The position numbers were made by a program, and so were the translations under genes. From positions 2,525 to 66,524 of the forward strand of contig JAHQWD010000003.1 in assembly GCA_019634005.1 (NCBI GenBank): a stretch of DNA of 64,000 nt. The letters are read 5' to 3'. This document shows, one piece after another, positions 28,717 through 38,574 of the stretch. How positions within the stretch are numbered: the stretch's first letter is position 1; each line of letters begins with the position of its first letter. Source of the DNA: Candidatus Kaiserbacteria bacterium (GTDB lineage: Bacteria; Patescibacteriota; Minisyncoccia; Phycocordibacterales; UBA918). Below the pieces are notes generated by a model. It worked only from the letters and a program-made list of their open reading frames with translations. It was not told the origin of the DNA and did no database searches.

Positions 28717-29823
28717 ATGAAGCAATTTATAGCATCTATTGCCGTCTGTGCGATGATCGCAACACCATTTTTCGCGTCTGCGGGGCCTGTTCTTCGGAGC
28801 GGAGAAACTGTTTCTGTTGATGCAGGACAGATGATTGATGGAGATTTCTATGGTGCAGGAGGCACGGTAACGCTCTCGGGAGATGTTCTCGGTGATGCAC
28901 TCGTTGCTGGAGGCTCGGTTACCATTAATGCTCCTGTCGACAGCGATGTCGCAATCGCTGGTGGAACCGTAAACATTCACGCACCGATAGCGGATGATCT
29001 CCGTGTTGCGGGAGGTGAAGTGAAGCTCGGTTCTGTTATTCAAGGAGACGTCGTGGTATTTGGTGGAGTCCTCCATGTGCTCTCGACTGCAGAGATTCAC
29101 GGAGACATTCTCTTCTTCGGCGGTGATCTTATCCTCGAAGGAAACACTGATGGATCGGTATTCAGTATGGCGGAAAATATTCGCGTGAATGCATTTGTAG
29201 GAGGGGATCTCGACCTTCGTGCTTCACGGAAGGTAACGCTTGGAGATAAGGCCGACATACAGGGAGACATTTCTTACGCATCACGACACGAGATCGTGCG
29301 TTCACAGAATGCAGTTGTTGTCGGTGACGTGGTTCGAGAGGAGTTCTCTGCTCCCGAAGGAGGGCACGTCGAAGCGGTCGTGATTTCACTTCTCATTATG
29401 GTATTTGCTGCATTGGTTGCACTCCTTGTCTTCCGCAGATTCCTCTCTGACACAGTGAATACTATTGGTGACGCATACGGGAAGCAGGGACTTATTGGTC
29501 TTGGAGTGCTTGTGCTTACACCAGTTGTCGCCTTCATTCTCATGGCAAGTGTGCTTGGTATGTACATTGGTATCTTCCTTCTCATCGTGTATGCCGCGTT
29601 TTTGATTGCTTCATGGATTCTTGCGGGGATTGTCCTTGGATCATATCTCATGAGATTCTACACAAAACGTCTTGAAGTATCTGCACGAACGGTTATCCTC
29701 GGTATTGTTGTGTTTGAGCTCATCGCATTAATTCCAGTACTGGGACCACTCTTTGTGCTCGTGTTCACCTTGATTGTCCTTGGAAATATTGCGACACGGA
29801 CATATCACAGTGTTCGTTCATAG
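28717..29823 (+). CDS. Beta-helix (polymer-forming/bactofilin-like) repeat membrane protein
   Basis: Signal peptide, repeated GD...GG.V.I motifs, C-terminal TM bundle. Confidence 0.75.
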   Translation: MKQFIASIAVCAMIATPFFASAGPVLRSGETVSVDAGQMIDGDFYGAGGTVTLSGDVLGDALVAGGSVTINAPVDSDVAIAGGTVNIHAPIADDLRVAGGEVKLGSVIQGDVVVFGGVLHVLSTAEIHGDILFFGGDLILEGNTDGSVFSMAENIRVNAFVGGDLDLRASRKVTLGDKADIQGDISYASRHEIVRSQNAVVVGDVVREEFSAPEGGHVEAVVISLLIMVFAALVALLVFRRFLSDTVNTIGDAYGKQGLIGLGVLVLTPVVAFILMASVLGMYIGIFLLIVYAAFLIASWILAGIVLGSYLMRFYTKRLEVSARTVILGIVVFELIALIPVLGPLFVLVFTLIVLGNIATRTYHSVRS

Positions 29824-29834
29824 GACTCACCTTC

Positions 29835-29867
29835 ACCAAAAACACCCCGTTTCGGGGTGTTTTTGGT
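29835..29867 (+). terminator. Intrinsic terminator
   Basis: ACCAAAAACACCCC-GTTTC-GGGGTGTTTTTGGT. Confidence 0.7.
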
Positions 29868-29880
29868 ACAATGTGCTCCT

Positions 29881-30549
29881 ATGACTCCCTCAAAGAAGAA
29901 ACAGAGGACTGATCGGGTAAAGAAGATGAATACAGTGCTCAGGAAGCTCTATCCTGAAGCAAAGATTGCGCTTCACTATACGACAGACTTTGAGTGCCTC
30001 GTTGCGGTACAGCTTTCCGCACAGTGTACTGACGAGCGGGTGAATAAAGTGACTGCAACACTCTTTAAGAAGTATAAAACCATAGAAGATTACGCGAGTG
30101 CTGCACAGTCTGTCTTTGAGCAAGATATCTACCAGACAGGATTCTTTCGAAACAAAGCAAAGAACATCATTGCCGCCGCAAAGATGATACAAGAAGAGTT
30201 GGGTGGGGTATTGCCACGGACAATGGAGGAGATGGTGCGGATTCCTGGTGTTGCTCGGAAGACTGCAAATGTCGTACTTTCCACGCTCTACGGTATCCAT
30301 GAGGGTATTGCGGTTGATACTCATGTCAGGCGGTTTGCGATTCGCTTTGATCTCTCAGACCATACAGATCCAGTGCGTATAGAACGAGATCTTATGGAAA
30401 TTATGCCGAGGGAAGAATGGTGGGGATTTAATCATCGGCTTGTACACTATGGACGAGATTACTGTCCTGCACGAAAACACGAGTGTAAAGACCACCCGCT
30501 AACTAATATATACCCGAAAGCGGAGCAGGTGTGGCCAAAAGCACGGTAG
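29881..30549 (+). CDS. nth: Endonuclease III
   Basis: LSAQCTD.RVN, PGVARKTANVV, IAVDTHV. Confidence 0.93.
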   Translation: MTPSKKKQRTDRVKKMNTVLRKLYPEAKIALHYTTDFECLVAVQLSAQCTDERVNKVTATLFKKYKTIEDYASAAQSVFEQDIYQTGFFRNKAKNIIAAAKMIQEELGGVLPRTMEEMVRIPGVARKTANVVLSTLYGIHEGIAVDTHVRRFAIRFDLSDHTDPVRIERDLMEIMPREEWWGFNHRLVHYGRDYCPARKHECKDHPLTNIYPKAEQVWPKAR

Positions 30550-30565
30550 GGTATACTAAGTGTGT

Positions 30566-30784
30566 ATGAGTAAAACAATGACATGTAAGGAGCTTGGAGG
30601 CGTTTGCGAACAAATATTCTCTGGTGAGACACTCATGGATATTATGGGGAAAGCCATGCCACACATGGGTGTTGACGAAGCACATAAGGAACACATCGCA
30701 CACCTCTCCGAAACAACAGGTGAGACAAAAGATCAGTGGATGGAGCGTATGCAACAGGTGTTTACCGATAAGCCAGAAGACTAG
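30566..30784 (+). CDS. Small metal-binding protein (DUF1059-like)
   Basis: KTMTCKELGGVC...H...H pattern. Confidence 0.6.
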   Translation: MSKTMTCKELGGVCEQIFSGETLMDIMGKAMPHMGVDEAHKEHIAHLSETTGETKDQWMERMQQVFTDKPED

Positions 30785-30787
30785 CCT

Positions 30788-31471
30788 ATGCAAAAGATAG
30801 CCTTTTTTGATATCGACGGAACTGTCTTTCGTTCAAGTCTTTTAATAGAGCTTGTTGAGCGTCTTATCGAACGCGGTATTTTCCCGAAAGAAGCCACAGA
30901 AATGTACGAAGAAGAGTTTCGTCTGTGGCAGGATCGGGAAGGGACATACGAAGCGTATATTGGTGCTGTGGTCGATGCGTTTCGAACACACATCAAGGGC
31001 GTGTTCTACGGAGACCTTGCTGACATCGGGCGAGAGGTGGTGGCTGAGAAAAGCAAACATGTCTATCGCTACACACGAGACCGTATCTCTGAGCTGAAGG
31101 CAGAAGGATATTATGTTGTTGCAATTTCTCAGTCTCCAAAGACAATCCTTGATGATTTCTGTAAGGAATATGGATTTGATAAGGTCTACGGCCGTATCTA
31201 TGAGATTGGTCCGCAGGATCGTTTTACAGGCATTGTCTCTGATGAGCATCTGATACAGAACAAGGCGAATATTGTGAAGAGAGTGCTCGATGCTGGTGAC
31301 TTTACGCTTGAAGGCTCTGTAGGTGTTGGTGATACAGAGGGAGACATCTCACTTCTTGAGATGGTTGAGCGACCAATCTGCTTTAATCCAAACAAAGCGC
31401 TCTACACCTATGCAAAGCGTATGGAGTGGGTTGTTGTTGTAGAGCGAAAAGATGTAGTATATGAGCTATGA
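30788..31471 (+). CDS. HAD-IB phosphatase (SerB-like)
   Basis: FFDIDGT, ISQSP, K, GDTEGD, FNP. Confidence 0.88.
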   Translation: MQKIAFFDIDGTVFRSSLLIELVERLIERGIFPKEATEMYEEEFRLWQDREGTYEAYIGAVVDAFRTHIKGVFYGDLADIGREVVAEKSKHVYRYTRDRISELKAEGYYVVAISQSPKTILDDFCKEYGFDKVYGRIYEIGPQDRFTGIVSDEHLIQNKANIVKRVLDAGDFTLEGSVGVGDTEGDISLLEMVERPICFNPNKALYTYAKRMEWVVVVERKDVVYEL

Positions 31472-31680
31472 AACGGAGAATATACCGAAGTGATGAACAG
31501 AGAGTGATTGCGGGAGTTTTTGGCGGTCTTGCAGAGCGTTTTAATCATGATGTCGTACTGTGGCGACTTGGTGCCGTTGTCTGCCTAGTACTTACTGGCT
31601 TGATGCCAGGTGTACTTCTTTATTTCCTCGCGGCTTTGATCATTCCCACAAAAGGTTCTGCAGATTACGTAATTGAATGA
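31468..31680 (+). CDS. PspC domain protein
   Basis: RIYRSDEQRVIAGVFGGLAE plus TM. Confidence 0.85.
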   Translation: MKRRIYRSDEQRVIAGVFGGLAERFNHDVVLWRLGAVVCLVLTGLMPGVLLYFLAALIIPTKGSADYVIE

Positions 31681-32459
31681 CGAAAAAAGAACAGCAGTTT
31701 GTACGCACCGTCCGTGCTTTTTATAAAAAGAGTGGACGACACACCCTTCCGTGGCGGAAGACAAAGAATCCGTACAGGATTCTCGTGTCTGAGATAATGC
31801 TCCAGCAAACACAGGTGGAACGGGTGCTCCCGAAGTATAAGGAGTTTCTGAAAGTGTTCCCGACCATGCGGGAGCTTAAAGAAGCATCACTTGGTGATGT
31901 GCTCCGCACGTGGCAGGGGCTGGGGTATAACAGACGAGCACAAATGCTCCACGAGTGTGCAAAGATATGCAGAGGGGCACTTCCAAAGACATATGAGGAG
32001 TTAGTGACACTTCCTGGCATCGGTTCCTACACAGCAGGAGCAGTGATGGCATTTGCACACAATGTCCCTGTTCCCGTCATTGAGACGAATATTCGTACGG
32101 TGTATCTACATCATTTTTTTGAGAATAAAAAGAATGTCTCTGACAGTGCAATCTTAGAGAAGGTAGAGAAAACATTAGATACAAAAAATCCAAGAGAGTG
32201 GTATTGGGCGCTGATGGACTACGGTGCTTTTCTCAAGAAGAAACATGGGAATACAAACGTACGGAGTAGACACTATACGAAACAATCTCGTTTTAAAGGG
32301 TCTGATCGGGAGATTCGCGGAGCGATTGTGCGTACACTTGCGGGTGGAAAAAGTATCAAGGAACTCTCTTTTGATACAAAAAGAGTGGAAGAGCAACTAG
32401 AGAAACTTGTCAGAGAAGGAATGATAGTGAAGGTAGGGAAGGGGTATCGGTTGCCATAA
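31677..32459 (+). CDS. mutY: A/G-specific adenine glycosylase (short form)
   Basis: LPWR, VSEIMLQQTQV, WQGLGYNRRA, LPGIGSYTA, ALMDYGA. Confidence 0.88.
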   Translation: MTKKEQQFVRTVRAFYKKSGRHTLPWRKTKNPYRILVSEIMLQQTQVERVLPKYKEFLKVFPTMRELKEASLGDVLRTWQGLGYNRRAQMLHECAKICRGALPKTYEELVTLPGIGSYTAGAVMAFAHNVPVPVIETNIRTVYLHHFFENKKNVSDSAILEKVEKTLDTKNPREWYWALMDYGAFLKKKHGNTNVRSRHYTKQSRFKGSDREIRGAIVRTLAGGKSIKELSFDTKRVEEQLEKLVREGMIVKVGKGYRLP

Positions 32460-32495
32460 TATGTCTACTTCACTTTACATCACACATAGTGTAGG

Positions 32496-32714
32496 ATGTC
32501 ACTCATGGCAGAAACAGTAAACAATACGGTGCGTACACTCCGTACGGAGCGTGGCGTGACCCAGGAAGACCTCGCTGGAGCGGTGGGCGTTTCTCGTCAG
32601 ACCATTATCGCCATAGAGAAGGGAAGCTATGTTCCGTCTGTTCTCTTGGCGCTTAAATTAGCAACATACTTTAACGTATCGGTCGAAGACCTCTTTTCAT
32701 ATGAAGCATCTTAA
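32496..32714 (+). CDS. XRE-family HTH regulator
   Basis: TQEDLAGAVGVSRQTIIAIEKG.Y.PS. Confidence 0.9.
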   Translation: MSLMAETVNNTVRTLRTERGVTQEDLAGAVGVSRQTIIAIEKGSYVPSVLLALKLATYFNVSVEDLFSYEAS

Positions 32715-33063
32715 ACCATTCACCGTCGAAATACTTTTAATTGTTGTCCTTGCAATCCTTTCATTAGGTATTCTTGGGGTATTCTGGATGCCTATGGGTA
32801 TGCACGTCGCGGCACTTGCACTGCTTGTAGTTTTCTTCGGTGCATATGCAATCTATGGCCTTAGAGAGCGCGGGGGAGATGAGCGTGAGGTGTCACTCCT
32901 CCACAAATCTGACCGTGTTGCATTTTTTGCGGGAGCAACAGTACTCCTCATTGCTATCATCTACGAGAGCATCACCAATTATATGAGTGATCCGTGGATT
33001 GTGGTCGCACTCTTTGCCATGGTTGTCGCAAAGGCAGGCGCGTATATATATCACAATCGGTAA
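32701..33063 (+). CDS. Four-TM membrane protein co-transcribed with the XRE regulator
   Basis: Four hydrophobic helices with central DERE motif. Confidence 0.7.
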   Translation: MKHLKPFTVEILLIVVLAILSLGILGVFWMPMGMHVAALALLVVFFGAYAIYGLRERGGDEREVSLLHKSDRVAFFAGATVLLIAIIYESITNYMSDPWIVVALFAMVVAKAGAYIYHNR

Positions 33064-33096
33064 AGAAAAACCCCGCATATGCGGGGTTTTTCTTTA
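33061..33096. terminator. Bidirectional terminator
   Basis: Perfect inverted repeat TAAAGAAAAACCCCGC-ATAT-GCGGGGTTTTTCTTTA between convergent genes. Confidence 0.8.
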
Positions 33097-35010
33097 AATA
33101 CCGATCAATACGGGGATCACCATAGGTGTCTTGTTGGTCTTTTGGAGAAGGAATCCAGAGACCACATCAGTCAATTGATCTTTTACACTATCAAGATCGA
33201 TAGGATGTGTTCTTGCTGTTGCCTGTTCGACAGTTTTCTTTATGAGCACACGTGCCTCAGAAAGAAGTTGCTGGTTTTCTCGGAGATAGACAAAACCGCG
33301 GGAGATGACATCGGGGGACTTTCGTAGTTTTCCTGTCTTAGGGTTTACGGTTGCAATAATCACAAATATACCATCGGCTGCCAGTGACTGACGATCGCGG
33401 AGGACTACTTCTTGTTTTTCTCCAACAGTAAAGCCATCAACGACCATGATTTCTGATGGCACCTTCTCCTTATGAATAAAGAGATCGGTGCCGTTGGTGA
33501 TATCAATGACCATACCATTGTCGGAAATGATGACATTTTCTTTCGGAAATCCATTCTCGATATGGGCGTACGCCTGACTTCGAATCATAGAATGATACCC
33601 ATAGGCAGGCATGACAAACTTTGGCTTAATTTGCTCACGAATCCAAACCAACTCACCAGAGTTACCGTGTCCCGTCGAGTGGACGTCAGAGGTACGGTAG
33701 TGGACGAGCTTCACGCCTTTTCGGTATAGGTTATCTTTTAGTTTCTGCACAGAGAGTTCATTTCCTGGGATGACAGAAGAAGAGAGCATGATAGTGTCAC
33801 GTTCAGTGAGGGACACGAACTTGTGTCGACCAGTAGCAAAACGCATCAATGCCGCAAACTCCTCACCTTGTGCACCAGTTGAAAGAATAACAATACGGTC
33901 AGAAGGGTAGTTTTCAATCTCTTGGATAGGGATAATCGTTCCTGGGTCAACTTTCATTAATCCAGAACGTTCAGCAATCTCAAGATTTGTCTTCATACTT
34001 CGACCCTCAACCGCAACTTTTTTGCCTAAGGTCTGACATATCATGATGATTCGAATCATGCGCTCGAATTGTGAGGCAAATGTTCCGACAATGAGACGAC
34101 CTTTGACGGTGCTAATAATCTCCTCAATTGTGTCGTGCACACGTTGCTCTGGTACAGAGAAACCTGATCGTTCAGAGTTAGTCGAGTCACTGATGAAAAG
34201 GAGATTGTTGTCCTGTCCAAGCTCCCCCCAGACCTTCTTTTCTCTATCGGATGGTTCAGTACCATCATGTTCCAATTTGAGGTCACCAGAGATGACAATA
34301 TTGCCATGCTTTGTCTCAACAGAGATACCCATAGAGTCAGGAATAGAGTGGGTCACTGGGAATGGCTTGATGTAGGTATTCCCGATCTTTACTCGTTTTC
34401 CTGGTTCAATGACGTGCATATCAACAGGGTCAAGGTGTGGGAATTCTTCCTGACGCTTCAAAATCATGAGCGAGGTCAGATAACGAGTATAAATTGGTGG
34501 ATTACCAATTCGTTCAATAATGAATGGAATACCACCGATATGGTCAAGGTGTCCGTGAGTGATAATAAGCCCACGAATCTTATCCTTGTTTTCCTCCAGA
34601 TATTGAGTGCTCGGGAGAATGTAGTTAACACCAGGAGCATCACTCTCACCTGAAACAAATTGAAAACCTGCGTCGAAAATGAGGATGTCATCCTTCGTCT
34701 CGATTGCCGTCATGTTTTTACCAACCTCTTCTACTCCTCCAAGAGGGATAATGCGTACGGTATTCTCGTCAGTAATTGGTGGGATAGGAGTAGTCTTCCC
34801 GTCTGGTGTTGCCATTCGGTGCTTGAGTGCGGGGTTGGTAAAGCTTCGGGGTTTCCGAGCGATACCATTTCGACGACGACGCGCGTTCTTTCGCGCAGGA
34901 CGATGATTTCCTCCACTACGCGACGGATTCTTCCGTGATGGTGTCTTCCGCGACGGCGGTCGACGGCGTGGTCGTGCTGAATTCTGTGTTGTTGTTTTCT
35001 TTTCGTTCAT
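33094..35010 (-). CDS. rnj: Ribonuclease J
   Basis: PLGGVEEVGKNM, THGHLDHIG, HSIPD, GAQGE, HSTGHG. Confidence 0.95.
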   Translation of the reverse strand: MNEKKTTTQNSARPRRRPPSRKTPSRKNPSRSGGNHRPARKNARRRRNGIARKPRSFTNPALKHRMATPDGKTTPIPPITDENTVRIIPLGGVEEVGKNMTAIETKDDILIFDAGFQFVSGESDAPGVNYILPSTQYLEENKDKIRGLIITHGHLDHIGGIPFIIERIGNPPIYTRYLTSLMILKRQEEFPHLDPVDMHVIEPGKRVKIGNTYIKPFPVTHSIPDSMGISVETKHGNIVISGDLKLEHDGTEPSDREKKVWGELGQDNNLLFISDSTNSERSGFSVPEQRVHDTIEEIISTVKGRLIVGTFASQFERMIRIIMICQTLGKKVAVEGRSMKTNLEIAERSGLMKVDPGTIIPIQEIENYPSDRIVILSTGAQGEEFAALMRFATGRHKFVSLTERDTIMLSSSVIPGNELSVQKLKDNLYRKGVKLVHYRTSDVHSTGHGNSGELVWIREQIKPKFVMPAYGYHSMIRSQAYAHIENGFPKENVIISDNGMVIDITNGTDLFIHKEKVPSEIMVVDGFTVGEKQEVVLRDRQSLAADGIFVIIATVNPKTGKLRKSPDVISRGFVYLRENQQLLSEARVLIKKTVEQATARTHPIDLDSVKDQLTDVVSGFLLQKTNKTPMVIPVLIGI

Positions 35011-35020
35011 AATTACTTTG

Positions 35021-36739
35021 TTACTTTAAAAATGTCCATATAAAATTCGTGTCCATGTACCACTCTGCTATATGCGCAAACCGTTCATGTGATTCACCGA
35101 GACCTGTAAACGGTGTGATGGTGACCTCCTCGGGGAGGACGTATACAAATTGTGGGCTAAAGAGAAAGATGGCAGGCACATCGCTTGTTACCTCAGCAGC
35201 AAACTCCTCAAGTGCCGCGATCCGTCCTGTCTCATCAGTGCTGGTTCGTGCGGTAGTGAGTGCCGCATCTGCTGTAATATTTGCATAGAGTGCAACGTTG
35301 AGCCCAGGATCGTTTCTCTGGGATGAGTGCCAGAATGAATAGAGATCAAGGGCACGACCAAGGACGGTACCAAAGAGTAAGGTTTCATATTCACGTGGTC
35401 GAATGACTGCCTGTGTCAGATCAGACTGCTCGAACCGCTTTACTTCCACAGAGACACCAAGCTGTTCCCATGTCTCTTGGATGATCTGCGCAGTCTCTTC
35501 AAAGAGAGGACTATTGGCTGTAGAGATACTGACACGGAGCTCTATAACCTCGTCGTCTTCCTCTTTTTCCCAAGTACCAGTCTCCTCATTGAGTCTCCAT
35601 CCACCTGTGCGAAGGATGTCGCGTGCGTCATCAAGTGAAGATGTGATAGATGTACTTTCTTTTACAGAGACACCAAATCCATATGGAATCGGTCCAGTGA
35701 GTGGTTGTCCATATCCATCAAGCACTCTGTCCACCAACGCCTCTCGGTCAAGAGCGACATTGAGCGCGCGACGTACGTAGATATCACGCAGCACTTCGGA
35801 TTTGTTCTGGTTAAAGAACACCGCGAACGTTCGGGGAAGTGTTGTAGTCGTGATACGGAATGGCGTGTCCTTATCTGGCGTGAGAAGCGACGGGTCAATA
35901 TGCGCGGCGCCGTCAATTGTCCCTTTGTTAAACGCCTCTACTCGCCGCGCTTCATTAGCAAAGAAAGAGAGTACAAAGGTACTAATCTTTGCAGGTGTAC
36001 CGTGGTATGCGTTAAATGGTATGAGTACATATGAAGATGGGACGCCGCCGTCACGGATGATGTGCTTTATCTTATATGGTCCTGCACCAATAGGCTCACT
36101 GTTGTACTGGCTGAACGGGAATTCTTCTGCAGAGGTTTCTCCCCAGATGTGTTTTGGAAGGATCCCAACCGTGAGGTTCTCTATGAATGGCGCATATGGC
36201 TCTTCAAGAATGAAGTTGAGCTCATAGTCCCCAAGCACCTCTAGTGTGACCCCATCCCAGCTCGCACGAAGTGGTGAGGCGATCAGTGGATCTTGGATGT
36301 GTTCAATGGTGAATGCAACATCCTCTGCAGTGAGTGACTCATTATCGTGGAATGAGACGTCCTGACGCAAGATGACGTTATACACTAGTCCGTCATCAGA
36401 GATGGTCACCGATGCTGCTATATCAGGCACGATAGTTCCGTCGGATGAAAGACGTGTAAGTCCTGCATAGATAAGTTGGCTCACATCCTTGTCCGCAGAC
36501 GTTAGTGCGAGGACTGGGTTTACAAACCGTGGTGTCCCCACGATTCCTTCAGTAAATGTACCGCCTCGTGTCGGTACATCCGTACTGATCTCCTTGTTTG
36601 CAGCAAGGATTACCCAGATGAGAGAGATAAAGACGACACCGGCAAGTACAAAAAGCACAAAACGGTCTCCTGTGCGGAGGTTATATGCGTACGTGAGGAG
36701 TCGGTTAACGAATGCGTTCGGTTTCATCAGTAGAGACAA
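35021..36739 (-). CDS. Family 5 (peptide) ABC substrate-binding protein
   Basis: GGTFTEGIVG.PRFVNP, FHD..LTAEDV.FT, PIGAGPY, VRRAL. Confidence 0.88.
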   Translation of the reverse strand: MSLLMKPNAFVNRLLTYAYNLRTGDRFVLFVLAGVVFISLIWVILAANKEISTDVPTRGGTFTEGIVGTPRFVNPVLALTSADKDVSQLIYAGLTRLSSDGTIVPDIAASVTISDDGLVYNVILRQDVSFHDNESLTAEDVAFTIEHIQDPLIASPLRASWDGVTLEVLGDYELNFILEEPYAPFIENLTVGILPKHIWGETSAEEFPFSQYNSEPIGAGPYKIKHIIRDGGVPSSYVLIPFNAYHGTPAKISTFVLSFFANEARRVEAFNKGTIDGAAHIDPSLLTPDKDTPFRITTTTLPRTFAVFFNQNKSEVLRDIYVRRALNVALDREALVDRVLDGYGQPLTGPIPYGFGVSVKESTSITSSLDDARDILRTGGWRLNEETGTWEKEEDDEVIELRVSISTANSPLFEETAQIIQETWEQLGVSVEVKRFEQSDLTQAVIRPREYETLLFGTVLGRALDLYSFWHSSQRNDPGLNVALYANITADAALTTARTSTDETGRIAALEEFAAEVTSDVPAIFLFSPQFVYVLPEEVTITPFTGLGESHERFAHIAEWYMDTNFIWTFLK

Positions 36740-36782
36740 TAAAAGTGCTGTCGTAAGGTAATAGTACTATAAGACGCTCGTT

Positions 36783-37013
36783 CTAGAGCGCGAGACTGAG
36801 GATTGCAGAGAGCACAAAAAGTACGCCAACTACCATCGAGAACTTAAAAAGAAAGAGTTCCGCTCCTCGTCGTTTGCTGAATGTTGCACTAAAGTTATCT
36901 CCTCCGAATGCGCCACCAAGGCTTGATCCGCGTTGCTGCAGAAGCACTGCTGCGACGAGTAGGATGGAGAGGATAATCTGTGCGTACGGAAGAATAGTAC
37001 GTATGATTTCCAT
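36783..37013 (-). CDS. secG: Preprotein translocase SecG
   Basis: VLLQQRGSSLGGAFGG...RRGAE. Confidence 0.92.
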   Translation of the reverse strand: MEIIRTILPYAQIILSILLVAAVLLQQRGSSLGGAFGGDNFSATFSKRRGAELFLFKFSMVVGVLFVLSAILSLAL

Positions 37014-37056
37014 GACGAGTCGATAGTATCAGAAAAGAGAGGGTTCTGCAATGGGG

Positions 37057-37461
37057 TTATTTTTTCAGTTCCTCCACCTTTGCAAGTAGGTCTTCTACTT
37101 TCTGTGAGAGTTGTGCGATCGCTTCTCGATCTTTCTCTTCCTCAATGTCATCCTCCTGCATTTCTTCGTCAATCTCTTCAATATCTTCCTGGATCTCATC
37201 AATGTCTTCCTCTACCTCTCGAAGGCTAGCGGTGTTCTGGTTCACCGACATTTGAATAAAGATAGCAAGGTAGATTGCTTCAAGTGAGACGACGGTGGTC
37301 AGTACCAAAAGGATCCGATTCCAGGAAAAGATATCAAAGATACCGAAGAGGAAGGAGAAGATGAAGATAAGGGTATGAATCATCAAGGAAGATGGAGAGC
37401 CAATCCACTCGATAATGGTTTCGATTGAGGGTATAAGCCGTCTTTGTTTGCGTTTCTTCAT
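37057..37461 (-). CDS. DUF1003-like membrane protein with acidic coiled coil
   Basis: LTTVVSLEAIYLAIFIQMSVN followed by E/D-rich tail. Confidence 0.75.
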   Translation of the reverse strand: MKKRKQRRLIPSIETIIEWIGSPSSLMIHTLIFIFSFLFGIFDIFSWNRILLVLTTVVSLEAIYLAIFIQMSVNQNTASLREVEEDIDEIQEDIEEIDEEMQEDDIEEEKDREAIAQLSQKVEDLLAKVEELKK

Positions 37462-37518
37462 CCTGTGGAGTATAGCATAAGAAAAGGCCAGCACCGTGGT
37501 GCTGACCAACTTCCTTTC

Positions 37519-38502
37519 TCATACATGGAGCATGCGACGAGATTGAAGGAGAGGTATGTCTATGGGTATGTACGGATTCATACAAGATATTGTGGTCTCC
37601 TGCAATGTAAACTCTTTTCTTCCCGACAGAGCTGCCCAGATAAGTGCGTTCTGCACCCTGGAGACATCAAAGCGTTCGACAAGCTGCTCGGGTGTTTCCA
37701 AACCCCACACAGACTTGAAGTGCACTTTTGGTAAGCAATGCACTGAGTGCGGACCAGGTATTCCAATGAGTCTCGAAAAAGCAAGAAGAAGACAGGTTTG
37801 ACGAACCACCGATGCGCCGGTAACCAGGTGTCGGATAGGTGCTTCTTCCTGATATGCTTTCCAAAGGTATGGCCACCAGAGAAAGTCATTATCAAGCCAC
37901 CAGGATCGTCCTTCTAGGCGTACAGTAACTATCCTACGTGTCTTCCGTGAGATTAAGAGTTGCACACCTTCAAGTCTATCTAATTCCGCTCTCATTTCCG
38001 AAGCTGCCCATGACGGGTGCGTTTCAGGTAATGTAAGAGAAGGTAGTGGTGCGGTAACAAGAGCCTCTTCATCTGATGATGTGACGGGAGAATTACAGCA
38101 TGCTGCAATTTCCCCTTTAAGAAGAGTCTTCCGTGTGCCACGAAGTACAACTCCAGATACATACTCAACGTTTCCGCACGCACATCGCATGATCTGGCGA
38201 CGTTCCTTTTTAATGAGACCTTGATCAAAGAGTGTTTGCACAACCTCCTGTATAACATCCTGTGTCATTACAGAGTCGAGCCACCAAAAGGTTGGAGAAA
38301 TTCCGAGAAGGCCTACTCGATTCTGTAGGACAGGCAGCATTCTTGGTTCACCAAGTTTGCCGTGCAGATTGATTCCGAATAACGTTTCTGTGGCACTTGT
38401 GCGCGCAAGTCTGTCTGCATATGCAAACAAACTATAGAAACCCAGTTTGTGTGAGTGCATCGGGCTAACCGGCAATACACCGACAAAATCTTGATTACAC
38501 AT
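37519..38502 (-). CDS. Degenerate class Ia aminoacyl-tRNA synthetase (MetRS-like) catalytic-domain paralog
   Basis: Colinear MetRS-like motifs: HKLG...ADRLAR, GINLHGK, LGIS, VQTLFDQGLI..RCACG..CC, LLISR, VTGASVVR, PEQLVERF; no anticodon-binding domain; AGGGAG SD before ATG 38502. Confidence 0.6.
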   Translation of the reverse strand: MCNQDFVGVLPVSPMHSHKLGFYSLFAYADRLARTSATETLFGINLHGKLGEPRMLPVLQNRVGLLGISPTFWWLDSVMTQDVIQEVVQTLFDQGLIKKERRQIMRCACGNVEYVSGVVLRGTRKTLLKGEIAACCNSPVTSSDEEALVTAPLPSLTLPETHPSWAASEMRAELDRLEGVQLLISRKTRRIVTVRLEGRSWWLDNDFLWWPYLWKAYQEEAPIRHLVTGASVVRQTCLLLAFSRLIGIPGPHSVHCLPKVHFKSVWGLETPEQLVERFDVSRVQNALIWAALSGRKEFTLQETTISCMNPYIPIDIPLLQSRRMLHV

Positions 38503-38574
38503 TACAATCTCCCTATGAAAGTGATTCCACGCCAATCCTGCCACATACATGGTACTTCTGCAAGATGGTGGTGA

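Noticed and set aside
37100-37220. Repetitive GAA/GAT-rich tract
   Set aside because: Explained by the acidic coiled-coil coding sequence of the DUF1003-like protein.
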